Part shown: positions 1 through 9,495 of the stretch, piece after piece
Position numbering within the stretch: position 1 is the stretch's first letter
How the letters are laid out: every line of letters starts with the position of its first letter
DNA from: an uncultured virus (IMG/VR IMGVR_UViG_3300037067_000914)
Taxonomy: Duplodnaviria > Heunggongvirae > Uroviricota > Caudoviricetes
DNA: 64,000 nucleotides
IMG/VR virus record: IMGVR_UViG_3300037067_000914
Direction: 5' to 3' (one strand)
The notes under the pieces: model-generated
What the model saw: the letters and a program-made list of their open reading frames with translations, nothing else
Told to the model about the DNA's origin: nothing
Databases searched by the model: none
Position numbers and translations under genes: made by a program

Positions 1-125
1 AATAACTTAAAGGAATCTCTACGGCACAAGTGGAGGATCATAAAAACGAAGAAAGGAGATAAGGTGTATAGATGGAACCCAAATAAAATTGGAGCAGGAG
101 GGTTGGGATTTTGGGAGAGGATAAA

Positions 126-668
126 ATGAGACTAACGCCACTGGACCGCCCATTTCCCCTCGGTAGTGCTCCCCCTCGCACGCAAGGTTGCCACGTATAC
201 GACATTATAAAATCAATCATGATAGACTTAGGAGAGAAGCAGTACAAAGAAAGTGACCAAGGTAGGATCATCATGGAGACTGGGTTCCTATGGGAGCGAG
301 CCTTGGAAAGTGCTTGGGGGGAGCATTTAGGGAGGCGCCCAGGCGAGGTCGTGGTCGATGGAGTCATCGGCTCACCTGATGGCATAGTTATTGCAGATGG
401 TATTACCGTGTTAGAAGAGTACAAATGCACCTGGAAGTCAGCAAATCGTATGCCAGACGAGAACCTAAACTGGTTAATTCAAACCAAAGCCTACTGTTTT
501 ATGTTGGAATGCACCAAGTGTAACCTACACGTGCTACATTTGAATGGAGATTATAAACCACCAAGGCCGATGTACAAGGTGTGGGAGATAGAGTACTCAC
601 CACAGGAGCTAGTAGACAACTGGTCAATGATGATTAACCACGCTAGAAGTAAGGGGTTACTGACATGA
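126..668 (+). CDS. PD-(D/E)xK exonuclease, Cas4/RecB-like phage family
   Basis: Motifs GSPDGI, LEEYKCTW and W-x-x-Q-x-x-AY. ATG 126 follows GGAGAGG. Confidence 0.7.
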   Translation: MRLTPLDRPFPLGSAPPRTQGCHVYDIIKSIMIDLGEKQYKESDQGRIIMETGFLWERALESAWGEHLGRRPGEVVVDGVIGSPDGIVIADGITVLEEYKCTWKSANRMPDENLNWLIQTKAYCFMLECTKCNLHVLHLNGDYKPPRPMYKVWEIEYSPQELVDNWSMMINHARSKGLLT

Positions 669-919
669 ACTTAAGTGACTTGGTTGTGGAAGAAGGGATA
701 CCAGTAACGCACACCTCACACGACACTGAGTTAAAGAAGTTCATTATAAGTATGCCTAAGTACAGTTCTATTGAGTTTAATAACTTTGAAGAAGCTAGGT
801 TACTAGGAGGTTGTATTCGTTACTACGGGTATAGGGCCAATGTACGCAAGCAACCAGGTGGTAAGTATAGAGTTTGGAAGATGGATAAACGAGGCGTACT
901 AGGCCATGATGATGGATGA
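665..919 (+). CDS. hypothetical protein
   Basis: ATG lies next to the upstream stop; fits operon packing. Confidence 0.6.
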   Translation: MNLSDLVVEEGIPVTHTSHDTELKKFIISMPKYSSIEFNNFEEARLLGGCIRYYGYRANVRKQPGGKYRVWKMDKRGVLGHDDG

Positions 920-950
920 ATGGAAAGCCTAGGAGGAAAGGGATATTCGT

Positions 951-1904
951 ATGCAATTAGGAGAAGCCCTATTGTGGGACGATCTTGCCAACGCATATGA
1001 TAAGACTCATAGTGGCAGACCTGCTCGTACACTACATATGGACACGGTGTGGGACTGGGCAGTAAGACAAACCAATAAGTTTATTGTAGTAGATGGGTGT
1101 ATTTATAATGTGCCTAGTACGGATAAACAACTAGAAAAGGAGAATGAGATGGTAACTAAGAGTAGCAGTGACATCCTGTCGAGATTCAGACGATTTGATC
1201 CGACGATTAATAAGCGTCTGATCGTCGCATTGGAGGGTCCGCCCAAGGTGGGTAAGACCAGGTTTCCACTTACATTTCCTGGTCCTATCGTTGTTATGAA
1301 CACTGACCGACCCCTTGAGGGGCAGGAAGAGTTCGCTCGTAAGAAGGACATCTACTTCGAGAACTACAACATCTCTAAGGAGTTCGGTATCACAGAGTAC
1401 AAACAGCTTTGGGATCGGTACGAGTCTGACTTCTATGCTGTCTGTGATGATCCCGCAATTCGCACGATCGTACTAGACACGTTTACCGAGGCTCGTAATC
1501 TTGCATTGCTGGGTCTGTATGGACGGACTACACAGATTCAGCCATTCATGTATGGTCCCGCCAACGCACTGGTTCGTAGCATGGTCAAGTATGCTGGAAG
1601 TACGGACAAGAACTTTGTATTCACACACCAGATGAAGGCCGAGTACGACGGGGACAAGGCTACTGGAAAACTAATCCGTAATGGTATAGACGCTACAGCT
1701 TACTTTGCCCAGATCAACTGCGCCATGTTTAGGGAACGTAATCTTGTGGATGGTAAGGAACTTCCTGGGGACTTCGTTCTTAGAATCACAGACTGCGGCC
1801 AGAATGGAACAGCGGCTGGGGCTGAGTTGCGTAACGAGTTGATCGAGTACAAGTTCCTAGCCAGTACTGTGTACGCAGACACCACCCCGGAAGACTGGGA
1901 ATAA
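951..1904 (+). CDS. AAA-family ATPase (AAA_24/Sak4-like)
   Basis: Walker A GPPKVGKT and Walker B TIVLDT. A second RBS (AAGGAG) precedes in-frame ATG 1149, which may be the true start. Confidence 0.7.
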   Translation: MQLGEALLWDDLANAYDKTHSGRPARTLHMDTVWDWAVRQTNKFIVVDGCIYNVPSTDKQLEKENEMVTKSSSDILSRFRRFDPTINKRLIVALEGPPKVGKTRFPLTFPGPIVVMNTDRPLEGQEEFARKKDIYFENYNISKEFGITEYKQLWDRYESDFYAVCDDPAIRTIVLDTFTEARNLALLGLYGRTTQIQPFMYGPANALVRSMVKYAGSTDKNFVFTHQMKAEYDGDKATGKLIRNGIDATAYFAQINCAMFRERNLVDGKELPGDFVLRITDCGQNGTAAGAELRNELIEYKFLASTVYADTTPEDWE

Positions 1905-1908
1905 CCCA

Positions 1909-2112
1909 ATGCCCTCTCTCTTGAACTGCCCATTTTGTGGGGGCTGGGCACGGTTTGAGAAGTTTGACGGGGACCAGTACATTGAGTATTATGTTATATG
2001 TCTATCGTGTCATGCTAAATCCTGTCGGTGCGATAGCATATTAAAAGCTACCAATTGTTGGAATAGGAGGTATAATGGCGGCAAAGAAGGCGACAAAGAA
2101 AGTAACTGCTAA
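1909..2112 (+). CDS. Lar-family restriction alleviation-like zinc-ribbon protein
   Basis: LLNCPFCGG...VICLSC...WNRR pattern. Confidence 0.7.
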   Translation: MPSLLNCPFCGGWARFEKFDGDQYIEYYVICLSCHAKSCRCDSILKATNCWNRRYNGGKEGDKESNC

Positions 2113-2479
2113 GAAGCCCGTAACTAAAAAGCGTCCTGCTAAGAAGGATAAACCTGTAACTGACGTGGCTACGTCTCCTGTGGTGGGGGCGTCCAGTGGC
2201 GGGGAGTTAGCCCCTGGCCAGTTTCACTCTGGTACTATTAAGCACTCGGCAGAAGAAATAGAAGCTCCATTCTTCCGCAGTGTGGTCAATGAAGTATCCA
2301 GATTACTAGACTCTAAGCCCGGTACCGCAGTCATCTTGATTATCGGAGATGATCGTAACGATGATGTACTATCCGCGTTTCTAGGTAATCAGTGTGGGGC
2401 CAATACCGCAATCAACGTTTGCACACGTAGTATTTCGTTTGGCTCAACGTCTCTTGAAAATCTGAGCGAGAACATCTGA
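2075..2479 (+). CDS. hypothetical protein with Lys-rich N-terminus
   Basis: RBS AGGAGG; AAKKATKKVTAKK start. Confidence 0.65.
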   Translation: MAAKKATKKVTAKKPVTKKRPAKKDKPVTDVATSPVVGASSGGELAPGQFHSGTIKHSAEEIEAPFFRSVVNEVSRLLDSKPGTAVILIIGDDRNDDVLSAFLGNQCGANTAINVCTRSISFGSTSLENLSENI

Positions 2480-3201
2480 TCTATGTAGATGACCGAACTG
2501 GTTCTGTTGAACTCACTCGGCTACTGCCTGAGCATGAGGTCAAGAGGATGGAGTTCGGTGACTTTAGTTGGGAAGGTAAAGGGCCAGAAGGTGCTCCTTG
2601 GCTCGTTGGAGTGGAACGCAAGGTAATCGGTGATCTGCTATCCTGTATGACCACTAATCGGTTCACCGATCACCAACTCCCTGGAATGCTGGCTACTTAC
2701 AACGTATCGTATCTAGTCGTAGAAGGAATGTGTAAGTACGATCTTACTGACGGTGTATTTAAGGTCTATAAGGGGGGTGTGTGGGCACCTGCAGGTTTTG
2801 GTCAGAGATCGTTTAAGGTTAACGAAGTGCTGGGGTTTTTGAACACCCTAACCATCATGACTGGAATACACGTTATAAGAACGCAGTCTGAAAGGGAGAC
2901 GGCTTCTATCCTTCTGGCTCTTTACCACTGGTGGAATAGCAAGGACTTTGAACAACATAGGTCACATCTACAAGCTGGGACAAAGGTTCAGTTGCTTGGG
3001 CGTATGTCTCTGCTACGTAGATGGGCCAAAGAGTTACCGGGCATAGGCTACGATAGATCGAAGTTAGTAGAACAACACTTTAAATCTCCAATCGCCATGG
3101 CTAACTCGTCTATAGAAGATTGGGTACAGATACCAGGAGTTGGCAAAACACTGGCGACTAAGGCAACCGACGCCATAAGAAAGGAGATATCAAATGCGTA
3201 A
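2476..3201 (+). CDS. ERCC4/XPF-type nuclease with C-terminal HhH
   Basis: IYVDDR (upstream of the tracked ATG 2548), GDF, VERKVIGDL, LVVEG, and HhH motifs LPGIG and IPGVG. Start placed at CTG 2476. Confidence 0.8.
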   Translation: MIYVDDRTGSVELTRLLPEHEVKRMEFGDFSWEGKGPEGAPWLVGVERKVIGDLLSCMTTNRFTDHQLPGMLATYNVSYLVVEGMCKYDLTDGVFKVYKGGVWAPAGFGQRSFKVNEVLGFLNTLTIMTGIHVIRTQSERETASILLALYHWWNSKDFEQHRSHLQAGTKVQLLGRMSLLRRWAKELPGIGYDRSKLVEQHFKSPIAMANSSIEDWVQIPGVGKTLATKATDAIRKEISNA

Positions 3202-3475
3202 CACCTACATTTTGTGCGACGCTTTGCTTGTGGGGGAGAATGGTCGAATAGTTATTGACGGACTTTGTGGGTTCACGGAGCGCCATGGAGAGGCCAAGAG
3301 AATAAAGAAGTGCTATGGTAAGAAGATACTTATCGTGGAGCAACTAGATCGTACGGAGTTTCCTCTTATCAAGGACAAGCACCGTAAAGGTAGATGTGAA
3401 ATTCTCCCAATCGGTCATGTACTTAACGGTGGTCAAATAGGGGAGTTAAAGGATTTCTATGACGAAGTGCCGTGA
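3194..3475 (+). CDS. hypothetical protein
   Basis: RBS AAGGAG; overlaps the upstream stop. Confidence 0.55.
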   Translation: MRNTYILCDALLVGENGRIVIDGLCGFTERHGEAKRIKKCYGKKILIVEQLDRTEFPLIKDKHRKGRCEILPIGHVLNGGQIGELKDFYDEVP

Positions 3476-3597
3476 GTGTAAGTTTTGGAATAGGGATCAC
3501 AAGAGGACTGGCCTTTGTTGCAAACCTTCTCAGATGGAGAAGTCACCGTCTGTGAACGGTGTATCCTCTATGATACCTAAGATAACCAAGGACGTTT

Positions 3598-3888
3598 ATG
3601 GATGTAAGGAGGGCATACCACGTGAAGGTAAGTGAAATTCGTACTATTGATCTAAAGTTTCTGACTAAGAGACTTAACGAGCACCCCACCGAGGTATACA
3701 CAGTACCAGAACTGGCTAAACTTGGCTGGATTCCAGGGTCTGATAACCGTGTCAGACTGTACGTACGACGGAATATGCCAGAGACTTACCAAGTTAAGGA
3801 TGACGCTAAAAGACTTAGGTACTACGGTTGTCCTAAAGTGATTCAAGAAGTGGTTAAAATTCTGTCTAGCACAGAGGGGGTAGAGTAG
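3598..3888 (+). CDS. hypothetical protein, possibly DNA-binding
   Basis: Basic 96-aa ORF in the operon. Confidence 0.5.
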   Translation: MDVRRAYHVKVSEIRTIDLKFLTKRLNEHPTEVYTVPELAKLGWIPGSDNRVRLYVRRNMPETYQVKDDAKRLRYYGCPKVIQEVVKILSSTEGVE

Positions 3889-4042
3889 TGCAGACGTTCA
3901 AGATCGACATTGATGTGCACGGAGAGGAACTAGAAATCAGTGCGCACACCTTGAAAAAATTAGTACTAACCTACCTAAGAAAGGATTTAAGTGAGCCTAA
4001 ACTGCACGAGAAGTATGTTAACGTGACGGAGGTGTCATACTA

Positions 4043-5143
4043 ATGGACGTAGCTCAACTAGCAAAGTCCAAGAACGAATCCTCTAGAACAGACGCACAGT
4101 GGGAATCACTACTGCGCGATCTCCGACTGTCCGAGGATAAGTGCCAGAAATTACAATCAGTTACAGACACGCTAGAGGGGGTAGTCAGAAGTGCTTGCGC
4201 CCATCTTCCTGCTGAACCGCCGCCTAGGATCGAGATTTCCAAGTCATCTTACCCAGAGGAAAAGGCTGTACTCCTTTTCTCCGACGCCCAAATTGGATCA
4301 TATGTATCCAAGTATTATACTGGTGGGCTTTGTGGATACGACAAGACCGAGTTCTCAAAGAGAATCAAACGACTAACCAAGAATGCACTTGAGGTTATTC
4401 GTATCCAACGAGGTGGTGGTATCCCAGTCAAGCAGTTACAGATTCATGTGCTTGGAGATATCGTACAAGGAGAGTCAGTATTTCCTGGTCAGGCATTTCA
4501 GTTGGATGCGTTGCTCCTTGAGCAATCTCTTGTACTCGCACAAAAGATTGTTGACGACGTATTTATACCCCTATCTAGGGAGTTCGAGAAGGTAGAAATT
4601 CTATGTGTACCCGGCAACCATGGCCGTCAGGGTGGACCTTATAACGCCTCACGCATGGCCAACTGGGACTACGTAACCTACTTTACTTGGATGATGAGAA
4701 TGCAGGAGTTTAGCCATGTCAAGTTCTACATCTCAGCCAGCCCATTCCTCATCTATGACTTGTTCCCAGGACAAACCCACGCTCTCATCCATGGTAATCA
4801 GGCAAAGGGATGGCTTGGGTACCCGTATTATGGGATTGATCGTCTGTTCCATCGTCTTACCTCTCTTGCTGGTATGTACATTATGTATCTTCACCATGGG
4901 CATCATCATCAGCCTTCGATCCAGGATACGCACATTGGTAGGAAGGTGGGTAATGGGTCTATCGAGGGAGGAAGTGACTACTCTGTCGGGGACCTCACCA
5001 CAGCCAACGTCCCCCAACAGCACTTCTGCGGGTTCAATGCGAAAGGGGTCACGTGGGAGTACTGGCTGAGGTTGGCTGATCAGCCTAAGATGAAGAAAGA
5101 TGCAGCTACTGGATTGTTCACACCTACGATGGAGTTTCATTGA
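4043..5143 (+). CDS. calcineurin-like metallophosphoesterase
   Basis: Motifs FSDAQIG, LGDIVQG, PGNHGR, IHGN and GHHH. Confidence 0.8.
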   Translation: MDVAQLAKSKNESSRTDAQWESLLRDLRLSEDKCQKLQSVTDTLEGVVRSACAHLPAEPPPRIEISKSSYPEEKAVLLFSDAQIGSYVSKYYTGGLCGYDKTEFSKRIKRLTKNALEVIRIQRGGGIPVKQLQIHVLGDIVQGESVFPGQAFQLDALLLEQSLVLAQKIVDDVFIPLSREFEKVEILCVPGNHGRQGGPYNASRMANWDYVTYFTWMMRMQEFSHVKFYISASPFLIYDLFPGQTHALIHGNQAKGWLGYPYYGIDRLFHRLTSLAGMYIMYLHHGHHHQPSIQDTHIGRKVGNGSIEGGSDYSVGDLTTANVPQQHFCGFNAKGVTWEYWLRLADQPKMKKDAATGLFTPTMEFH

Positions 5144-5311
5144 TGACTACAGTTGAACAAACATTTCGGATTAAGATAAGATTTCCAGAAACTGGTGTGG
5201 CTATACACCCCACACTTCTAACTGGATTGTTAAGGGAATACTTCGTAAAGTCAATGCATAGAAGCGTGGATGTGGACGTGTACGAACTTCCTGCTAAGGA
5301 GCCGCGTTAAA

Positions 5312-5566
5312 ATGAAAGACCGTAGACTTAGAGAAGTGTTAGAACAAGCAGAAATTATACGTAGACCTTGCCCGGACGTTAGTGGAGACATAGATGTAGG
5401 TACTAACGTGAAACGTTATCTACGGTTCGAACACGTTGATCCCAACGAATTACAAAGACAGGTACAGTATCTAACGTGGGTAGTAGACGAGTTACTTAAC
5501 AGGTTTAATCTGCGAGTACACCCCACTGATTCCCAATACAGAATTGTGAAAAGGGAGACTAGGTAA
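5312..5566 (+). CDS. hypothetical protein
   Basis: RBS AAGGAG before ATG 5312; abuts the polymerase gene. Confidence 0.55.
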   Translation: MKDRRLREVLEQAEIIRRPCPDVSGDIDVGTNVKRYLRFEHVDPNELQRQVQYLTWVVDELLNRFNLRVHPTDSQYRIVKRETR

Positions 5567-8500
5567 TTGTCTTGTGAAGACTGTGGTCTTTGTGGCCAAC
5601 CAGTAGTCGTACCAAGGGGCAACGCTCACGCCAGGCTTATGATCATTGGCGAGGCCCCAGGTAAGGAAGAGGCAGAGACTGGTAGGCCATTCGTTGGCAT
5701 GTCTGGGCAAGAGTTGTCTGGGTATCTTAAACGGGCTGGTATCAATGAGAAGCAGGTGTTTATCTGTAACACCGTCTACTGTTGGCCCCCTAAGAATAGA
5801 GTGCCCAAACCCAGTGAACTCAAGTGTTGCCGTCAGAATCTGGATGACAACATCAATATGGTAGAACCAGAAGTTATCGTAACCTTGGGCAAGACTGCGA
5901 CGGAGGCCCTACTGGGTGGTGATATTAAGATGGACGCAGTACGTGGGATACCTGTAAGGATGGGTAATGGTACGGTTGTCGTGCCCTCGTTTCATCCTGC
6001 CTACGCACTGCGTTCCACCCAGTATATGACTCATATCCAACAAGACTTTAATCTAGTGGCAGACATTCTACGTGCAGGGGGAGCATCACGAGAACGGCTC
6101 GCTCCCGCCAGTACCGAAGTCATCTTGGCGCAGTCCTTAGACGACGTAACTGGTAATATAAACAATAGTTTAGTGGCAGTAGATACCGAATGGGCTAACA
6201 ACAAACCTTGGTGTCTTTCCTTCTGCACAGGCGGCCCAGGTGTGGTAGTCATGGCAGAGGATACTAGATTATTGGAGGAAGTGAATGCCCACCTATCTAA
6301 ACTAGACGTAACTACTATATTACACAACGCTTTATACGACATAAAGGTACTGGAACAGTTAGGTGTCTACCCATCAAGAGTGGAAGATACCATTATCATG
6401 GCACACTTATTGCAGGATGAACCTAAGTCACTTAAGTCCTTAGCTATCAGGCATCTAGGTCTCGACATGCACGAGTACGACGACGTGACTTCTCCGGCCT
6501 CAGACGACCGAGCGGCGCAGTATCTTTACAAGGTAACTGGTATCGAATGGCCAGAGGTAGACCCAATAGAAACAATAGTTAAGGGAACTATTAAGAGGAG
6601 ACAACCCCAGAACATCGGTAAGCGCGCGCAGAAGATTCTGGATGACTACGCCAAGAAGAAGTGTTCACCGTATAAACGCTGGAAATTAATAGACTTAGCG
6701 GAGGGTAGACAGTTAGTTGAACAGGCCATGGGTAAGATGCCCCGTGGTGAGTTGTCCGATGTAGACCCTGGTGTGGCTGTTAAGTACGCAGGAACAGACG
6801 CCATTGCTACTTATCACATCTACCCACGACTAGCCGAACGGATTAAGAAGGCGAAGTTACTAAATGCGTTTGACCTTGACATGAGTACTGTCAAGATGAT
6901 TAGCGATATGCAGGATCGTGGAATTTTACTTGACAAAGACAGGTTAAAAGAAGTATCTTCTGGGTTACGTAAGGAGATGGACGATGCACTAGTATCCTTA
7001 GAGATACATCATAGGAAGGTTAACCCTAATTCTCCAAAGGACGTAGCCAAGTATCTACACGAGGTGGGTGTATTTATTAGACCTACACAGTCAACCGAAA
7101 GTAAGTATCTACAAAAGTACGTTGAGAAGTCCGTCGAAGTGAGAATGATTCTGAAGTATAGGGTCGCTGCTAAGCTACTATCGACTTATATAGAAGCGTT
7201 GCCACATAAGGCAGATTCTAAGGATAGGATACACACTAGATATAGTATGACCACGACATTAACTGGTCGTCTATCGTCTAGTGATCCTAACTGTTTTTCA
7301 GGGGACACGGAGGTATTAACCAAGGAGGGTTGGGTAAGATTTGACGAACTAGACCCTACTAGGAAAGTTATGCAATGGGACAATGGTATACTTTCGTTTG
7401 TCAACACTACAGGTTATGTCAAACTGCGGTCTGATAATGTGATGCACATTAATAACCAGCACATTGACCTTTTAGTGACTGGAAACCATAGATGTTTAAC
7501 GATAAACAGAAAAACAAATCGCCAGAATATAACCCCGGCTGAAGCCTACCCAAAAGATGCCGTACAATTAAATGCGGGTAGGTGGTTGGGGGGTCAGGGA
7601 ATACCACTAAGTGACGACGAGATTAGAGTGCTACTGATGATACAGGCAGACGGTAGTATCACAAGTTGTGGAATGGTTGACATGTCTTTCCACAAGGAAA
7701 GAAAGTGGGAAAGAGCAAAAGAATTATTAGATTCTACAGGACTTTGTCATAGATTTGTGGATAATGGTAATAGAAAACGTTTCTACATTAAAGACTCCTC
7801 TGAGCTTAGGCACATACTAAGCTTCTTAGGGACCGACAAAACGTTTGGTAAATGGGTTTTCCAAATGTCTCGTGAACAGACAGACGTGTTCTTAGACGAG
7901 ATAACATTTTGGGATGGGTGCTTTACTCGAAACAACCACTACTCTTGTAACCAAAAAATTAATGTGGACTTAGTACAGGCTCTATATACACTGTCGAATA
8001 AACGAGCCGTGGTTAGAAGATACGAACACCCAGGAGGTAAAACTAACTGGCAAATAGATTTAACACAAAGAGACTACAGTCTTACTACTAATGTTAATAG
8101 GACAGTAACTGCCCCACAAACTGTCTTTTGTGTTAGTGTCCCGTCTACTTTTCTGTTGGTTAGACGTAACGGCAAGACTATGATAACTGGTAATTGTCAA
8201 AACATCCCAGCCAGAACAGAGGCCGGAAGAGCGATACGTAGTGCGTTCATTCCAACTGGAGAATATAAGTTTTTAGGCATGGATTATTCGCAAATCGAGG
8301 TACGATTGGCGGCGCATGAGTCACAGGACAAGTTACTAGTTAGACTGTTAAGGGAAGGAGCGGATATACATGGAGAAACCTCACAACGTATTTTTGGTGA
8401 TGCTGAAAAAGAACACCGTTACGCCGCTAAGCGTGTTGGTTTTGGAATCTTATACGGAATCTCGGCTAAAGGACTGTCTGAGCAAATTGGTTGGTCAGAA

Positions 8501-8953
8501 CCGGAGTGTCAAGACCTTATTGATGATTGGTTTGGAGTATACACTGGAGTTCATTCGTGGATTAAAAGAACCCATGAAGAGACAAGTAAAACTGGGATTG
8601 CACGAGACTGGAATGGACGATATCGGCTCATTCCCGAGGTCAATAGCGTACATAGGAGAATTCGGGAGGAAGGAAATAGATACGCTGTTAATGCAAAAAT
8701 CCAGGTGGGAGCAGGTTCAATACTTAAACGTGCGATAGCTGACCTTACTCCTGTGTATGTAGACATGCAGAAGAATGGGTTTCCTGTGTATCCATTGTTA
8801 CAGATTCACGACGAACTGGTGTGGGAAGTTAGTGACGAACACGTCGATTATGTACAACATGTATTTAAAGGTATAATGGAGAACTGTGTTAAGATCAGTG
8901 TGCCATTAGTAGTAGACGCTCACACAGCGGTAAATTGGGGAGAACTAAAATGA
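5567..8953 (+). CDS. polA: family A DNA polymerase with N-terminal family-4 uracil-DNA glycosylase domain, 3'-5' exonuclease and an intein
   Basis: UDG motifs CEDCGLC, GEAPG, GRPFVG, CWPPKNR, HPAY. Exonuclease motifs DTE, HNALYD, YAGTD. Polymerase motifs TGRLSS, DYSQIE, AKRVGFGILYG, QIHDEL. TTG start. Confidence 0.93.
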   Translation: MSCEDCGLCGQPVVVPRGNAHARLMIIGEAPGKEEAETGRPFVGMSGQELSGYLKRAGINEKQVFICNTVYCWPPKNRVPKPSELKCCRQNLDDNINMVEPEVIVTLGKTATEALLGGDIKMDAVRGIPVRMGNGTVVVPSFHPAYALRSTQYMTHIQQDFNLVADILRAGGASRERLAPASTEVILAQSLDDVTGNINNSLVAVDTEWANNKPWCLSFCTGGPGVVVMAEDTRLLEEVNAHLSKLDVTTILHNALYDIKVLEQLGVYPSRVEDTIIMAHLLQDEPKSLKSLAIRHLGLDMHEYDDVTSPASDDRAAQYLYKVTGIEWPEVDPIETIVKGTIKRRQPQNIGKRAQKILDDYAKKKCSPYKRWKLIDLAEGRQLVEQAMGKMPRGELSDVDPGVAVKYAGTDAIATYHIYPRLAERIKKAKLLNAFDLDMSTVKMISDMQDRGILLDKDRLKEVSSGLRKEMDDALVSLEIHHRKVNPNSPKDVAKYLHEVGVFIRPTQSTESKYLQKYVEKSVEVRMILKYRVAAKLLSTYIEALPHKADSKDRIHTRYSMTTTLTGRLSSSDPNCFSGDTEVLTKEGWVRFDELDPTRKVMQWDNGILSFVNTTGYVKLRSDNVMHINNQHIDLLVTGNHRCLTINRKTNRQNITPAEAYPKDAVQLNAGRWLGGQGIPLSDDEIRVLLMIQADGSITSCGMVDMSFHKERKWERAKELLDSTGLCHRFVDNGNRKRFYIKDSSELRHILSFLGTDKTFGKWVFQMSREQTDVFLDEITFWDGCFTRNNHYSCNQKINVDLVQALYTLSNKRAVVRRYEHPGGKTNWQIDLTQRDYSLTTNVNRTVTAPQTVFCVSVPSTFLLVRRNGKTMITGNCQNIPARTEAGRAIRSAFIPTGEYKFLGMDYSQIEVRLAAHESQDKLLVRLLREGADIHGETSQRIFGDAEKEHRYAAKRVGFGILYGISAKGLSEQIGWSEPECQDLIDDWFGVYTGVHSWIKRTHEETSKTGIARDWNGRYRLIPEVNSVHRRIREEGNRYAVNAKIQVGAGSILKRAIADLTPVYVDMQKNGFPVYPLLQIHDELVWEVSDEHVDYVQHVFKGIMENCVKISVPLVVDAHTAVNWGELK
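7292..8194 (+). mobile_element. intein (301 aa) with a LAGLIDADG-like endonuclease region
   Basis: Begins CFSGDTEVLT and ends VFCVSVPS...TMITGN, with +1 Cys. Removal restores GRLSSSDPN-CQNIP. Internal blocks LLMIQADGS and FLDEITFWDG. Confidence 0.9.
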
Positions 8954-9168
8954 TCATAACGTCAGCGGCAATAATCCTGGGACTGTGGTGCTTAGTGGCC
9001 ATGGGTGGTATTGTAATGATCACAAGCTATTTGTACACCGTCGATCGTAGTGTTTTACATCTTCTATGGCTTATACCTACTATTCTAGCAATGTTATTGG
9101 TAATGGTGCTATCGCTAGCCTACTCTATTGAAAGAGTAATTAGAATAGCAGACACGTTAATTAAATAG
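8950..9168 (+). CDS. small membrane protein
   Basis: Two hydrophobic segments; ATGA overlap with the polA stop. Confidence 0.6.
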   Translation: MIITSAAIILGLWCLVAMGGIVMITSYLYTVDRSVLHLLWLIPTILAMLLVMVLSLAYSIERVIRIADTLIK

Positions 9169-9195
9169 GTCACATAACCTATTAAGGAGGTAAAT

Positions 9196-9495
9196 ATGAG
9201 TGAAGACGTACATGAAACAAACAACGTAGTACCAACTGATCCACCAGTACCAAGGGTACTCGCGCCTGTGCCAACGCCAGAGCCAACCGTGAACCCCGCT
9301 GCTCCCCCTAGCGACGCTGGTGACTGGTCGGACAAATGTGTGTGTGGTTGGAGAACAGAGGACCTACGAGAAGACTCTAACTTCTGGGGACAGGTAGACT
9401 TTCCTAGCCCAAAGACGGCCACGGACTTTTTTGTCTGCCCAAAGTGTAACAGGGTACTTCGTATCTACATGAAGTCCACACGGAGAGGTGTGTAA
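9196..9495 (+). CDS. hypothetical zinc-ribbon protein with Pro-rich N-terminus
   Basis: RBS AAGGAGG; CVCG and CPKC. Confidence 0.6.
   Translation: MSEDVHETNNVVPTDPPVPRVLAPVPTPEPTVNPAAPPSDAGDWSDKCVCGWRTEDLREDSNFWGQVDFPSPKTATDFFVCPKCNRVLRIYMKSTRRGV

Noticed and set aside
126..668. Cas4-like nuclease as evidence of CRISPR-Cas
   Set aside because: No repeat-spacer array or other cas genes were seen; solo nucleases of this type are common in phage replication modules.
951..1148. Novel N-terminal domain fused to the AAA ATPase
   Set aside because: An internal AAGGAG and ATG 1149 suggest a separate start, so the fusion cannot be supported from sequence alone.
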